Shown one piece after another: positions 61,528-64,000 of a stretch of DNA of 64,000 bases. The first letter of the stretch is position 1. Each line of letters opens with the position of its first letter. The notes beneath the pieces were generated by a model that made no database searches, was not told the DNA's origin, and saw only the letters and a program-made list of their open reading frames with translations. The stretch is from Candidatus Omnitrophota bacterium (GTDB taxonomy: Bacteria > Omnitrophota > Gorgyraeia > Gygaellales > Profunditerraquicolaceae), in assembly GCA_043823435.1 (NCBI GenBank), contig JBDRAV010000003.1, positions 96,366-160,365 of the forward strand. Reading direction: 5' to 3'. Position numbers and translations under genes: made by a program.

Positions 61528-62808
61528 TTATTGCGCGGCTTTGCGGCCGATATCCTTGCGGTAATGCATGCCGTCAAAATGGATCTTCTCTACCGCATTA
61601 TAAGTATTGTTAATCGCCTCTTTTATTGTATTGCCCAGGCCGGTAACGCCTAATACACGCCCGCCGCTGGTAAAATATTTCCCGTCCTCTTTTCTGGTCC
61701 CTGCATGAAAGACTATTATATCGGCTAATTTCCGGGCTTCATCAAGCCCGGAAATTAATTTTCCTTTTTCGTAACTACCTGGATAACCTCCGGATGCGCA
61801 AACCACGCTTACGCATGCGCGTGTATCCCACCTTAAGCAACCCGCCTTTACAACCTTGCTCAGATTATCGCCGCCTGCGGCCAACATCGTTTCTAATAAA
61901 TCTGATTTTAAGCGCGGCAATATTGCCTGTGTTTCAGGGTCTCCGAAACGGACATTGAATTCCAAAACCTTCGGCCCCTCTTTGGTAACCATGATCCCGG
62001 CGTATAATACACCGTTATATTTAATCCCCTCTTTCGCCAGGCCGTCTATGGTCCGGTATATAACTTTATCCAGGATATCTTTGAATAATCCGTCTGTCAC
62101 TACCGGTGCCGGAGAATAAGCCCCCATCCCGCCTGTGTTCGGACCGGCATCATTATCAAATATCCGCTTATGGTCCTGGCTTGATGCCAAAGGTATGACC
62201 TCGCGGGAATCCGCAAGCACGATGATGGATGCTTCCTCACCTATTAGGCAATCCTCAACAATAACTTTCCTGCCGGCATCGCCAAAGAGATTATCCTGCA
62301 TTATCGATACAACTGCCTGCTTCGCTTCATCAGTTGTCTTTGCGACAATCACTCCTTTACCCTGTGCCAGACCATCTGCCTTAACTACGCAAGGGGCACC
62401 ATTTTTCTCGATATATTTTTTTGCCTCATCCGCATTATCAAAGATCTTAAAGTCAGCGGTAGGGACATTGTATTTTGCCATCAATTCCTTGGCAAAGACC
62501 TTGCTTGCCTCTAACCGCGCTGCTTTTTTATCGGGCCCGAATATATTTAATTTATGATTGCGGAATTCATCAACGATTCCTCCTGCCAGGGAGACCTCAG
62601 GGCCTACAACGGTCAGGTCTATCTTTTCTTTCCTGGCGAACTCCAATAACCCGGGGATATCATCAGCTTTTATATCAATGCACTCTGCCTGATCCGATAT
62701 GCCGCCGTTGCCGGGAGCGCAGAAGAGCTTGCCCGCTAATTTTGATTGTGCGAGTTTCCACGTTAAGGCGTGCTCACGGCCGCCGGAACCGATAACTAAT
62801 ATTTTCAT
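61528..62808 (-). CDS. purD: phosphoribosylamine-glycine ligase
   Basis: 426 aa. ILVIGSGGREHAL N-terminus and ATP-grasp body. Confidence 0.95.
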   Translation of the reverse strand: MKILVIGSGGREHALTWKLAQSKLAGKLFCAPGNGGISDQAECIDIKADDIPGLLEFARKEKIDLTVVGPEVSLAGGIVDEFRNHKLNIFGPDKKAARLEASKVFAKELMAKYNVPTADFKIFDNADEAKKYIEKNGAPCVVKADGLAQGKGVIVAKTTDEAKQAVVSIMQDNLFGDAGRKVIVEDCLIGEEASIIVLADSREVIPLASSQDHKRIFDNDAGPNTGGMGAYSPAPVVTDGLFKDILDKVIYRTIDGLAKEGIKYNGVLYAGIMVTKEGPKVLEFNVRFGDPETQAILPRLKSDLLETMLAAGGDNLSKVVKAGCLRWDTRACVSVVCASGGYPGSYEKGKLISGLDEARKLADIIVFHAGTRKEDGKYFTSGGRVLGVTGLGNTIKEAINNTYNAVEKIHFDGMHYRKDIGRKAAQ

Positions 62809-62838
62809 AACCTTTTTATGGATAACAATTCTTAATAT

Positions 62839-63711
62839 TTATTTTTCTTTCTTCTCTTCTCTCTTTAAAGGCAATACGCCTGCCATCTCGCCTATAACAT
62901 TGACTAACTCGGTATTAGAAGGGACTACTATCTTGGCATTACTCTGCAACGCTTTCTCTACCGCCTCTAATTTTCTCAAAACTTGGGCATTGCCGATAAA
63001 ATATTTTTCCGCAGCCTCGTTTACTAATTTTATTGCCTCGGCCTCCCCTGCTGCCGCTAAGATCCTCGCTTGCTTGATGCCTTCAGCTTTCTTGATTTCA
63101 GCCCTCTTCTGGCCATCGGCAGCGGTTTCAGTGGCAGTGGCGTAATCTATCGCAGAGATCTTCTCATTCTCCGCTTTAACGACCTTATTCATCGTCTCCT
63201 GCACATCTTTGGGGGGATCAATCTCCTTTAATTCCGTACGTACGATCTCAATACCCCAGTGCGCTGTTTCACTCATCAGCGTCTTATGCAGCTCATCGTT
63301 GATCTTGCCGCGTTCGCTGTTGGCAGATTTCAAGGTGAGGGTACCGATAATGTTCCTTAAGGTCGTGCGCGCCAGGTTCACTATTTGCCACTGATAATTA
63401 TTCACGTTGTATTGGCAACTCTTAACGCTCTCTTCGTCAATCTTTACCTTAAAATATACCTGGGCGTCGACTTTGGCGTTAAGATTATCGAAAGTGATGA
63501 TCTCCTGCGGCTCGGCATCCACCATCTGTTCGGTTGTATTCACCTGATACATATTCTCAATAATAGGAACAATCCAACTGAATCCGGGGTTGGCAAAACG
63601 GTTATATTTACCCAGCCGTTCGATCAAGCCCCTATGCGTAGGCCTGACGATCCTGATCCCCATAAAAAACACGATAATAGCCAACACGATAAAGAAATAT
63701 AATGCGCCCAT
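62839..63711 (-). CDS. SPFH/band-7 (stomatin/prohibitin-like) membrane protein
   Basis: N-terminal TM helix, SPFH domain and an Ala/Glu-rich coiled coil. ATG 63711 has AAGGAGG 7 nt upstream. The ORF-track start at 63738 is a GTG inside an inverted repeat. Confidence 0.85.
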   Translation of the reverse strand: MGALYFFIVLAIIVFFMGIRIVRPTHRGLIERLGKYNRFANPGFSWIVPIIENMYQVNTTEQMVDAEPQEIITFDNLNAKVDAQVYFKVKIDEESVKSCQYNVNNYQWQIVNLARTTLRNIIGTLTLKSANSERGKINDELHKTLMSETAHWGIEIVRTELKEIDPPKDVQETMNKVVKAENEKISAIDYATATETAADGQKRAEIKKAEGIKQARILAAAGEAEAIKLVNEAAEKYFIGNAQVLRKLEAVEKALQSNAKIVVPSNTELVNVIGEMAGVLPLKREEKKEK

Positions 63712-63736
63712 TTTACCCTCCTTTTTAAATGAGCCC

Positions 63737-63792
63737 ACAACTTACGTCCCGCCCGCTATCACATAGAACAGAGGGAAGTGAACGTAAGTTGT
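63737..63792. repeat. ACAACTTACGT / ACGTAAGTTGT inverted repeat
   Basis: Perfect 11-bp arms at 63737-63747 and 63782-63792 with a 34-nt loop. Located upstream of the SPFH gene. Confidence 0.8.
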
Positions 63793-64000
63793 TTAGGCTA
63801 GATTCTTCGCTTTGCTCAAAACCGTCCACGATTCCTGAACAAAGAAAGGACGATTTACACACCACCTCATTAATAACTACAAAAGGGTAATAGGATTAAT
63901 CCAGCGCCGAATAATTACGGCTGCCGCTTGCAAGGCCTCTCTGAAATGCCGCCTTTTGTTTCTATTGTAAAAATATTCTTCCCTGTAACGCCGCATTCAG

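Noticed and set aside
63915-64000. A partial minus-strand ORF at the window end (…ECGVTGKNIFTIETKGGISERPCKRQP, stop near 63915).
   Set aside because: Only about 28 codons are visible and no recognisable motif is present. I cannot support a call.

Overview
This is a chromosomal window from an LPS-making (diderm) bacterium that I cannot place taxonomically. It is densely packed, and 64 of the 65 protein genes I call are on the minus strand. All product calls rest on motif and family recognition by eye plus gene order, because no database search was possible.

Gene content, read along the window:
- The conserved uppS-cdsA-dxr-rseP-ispG-proS-rimP-nusA-infB block.
- A GH57 / DUF4912 pair.
- purA, serA with a class-V aminotransferase, and tig-clpP.
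- A roughly 22-kb LPS region: lptB, an lptC/A-like gene, kdsC/D/A/B, an hldE kinase module, five GT9 heptosyltransferase-like domains in three ORFs, GT4s, a CE4 deacetylase, an lpxL-like gene, lpxK and waaA.
- dprA-topA-xerC, aroK, spoVG and aroC.
- A long housekeeping run: nth, cca, nrdR, a dCMP deaminase, glyA, rpiB, tsaC, purE and purD.

I saw no rRNA, tRNA, CRISPR array, transposase or prophage.

The most unusual signal is in the intercistronic spacers rather than in any protein:
- Arrays with an exact 23-nt period, built on the 11-nt palindrome GCACCWGGTGC or on GAGACG/CGTCTC cores, at five loci.
- Two-armed arrays of heptanucleotide repeats.
- One heptamer array lies in frame inside lpxK, and another forms the linker of a tandem GT9 'fusion'.
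- A thrice-repeated leader cassette of about 55 nt that embeds the RBS and a GTG start codon in a hairpin arm.
- An ACAACTTACG inverted-repeat family.

Several atypical protein architectures are also present:
- ProRS without the INS editing domain.
- Trigger factor without the PPIase domain.
- LptC-LptA, LpxL-ELM1, GT4-GT9, Macro-NUDIX and TsaC-LMW-PTP fusions.
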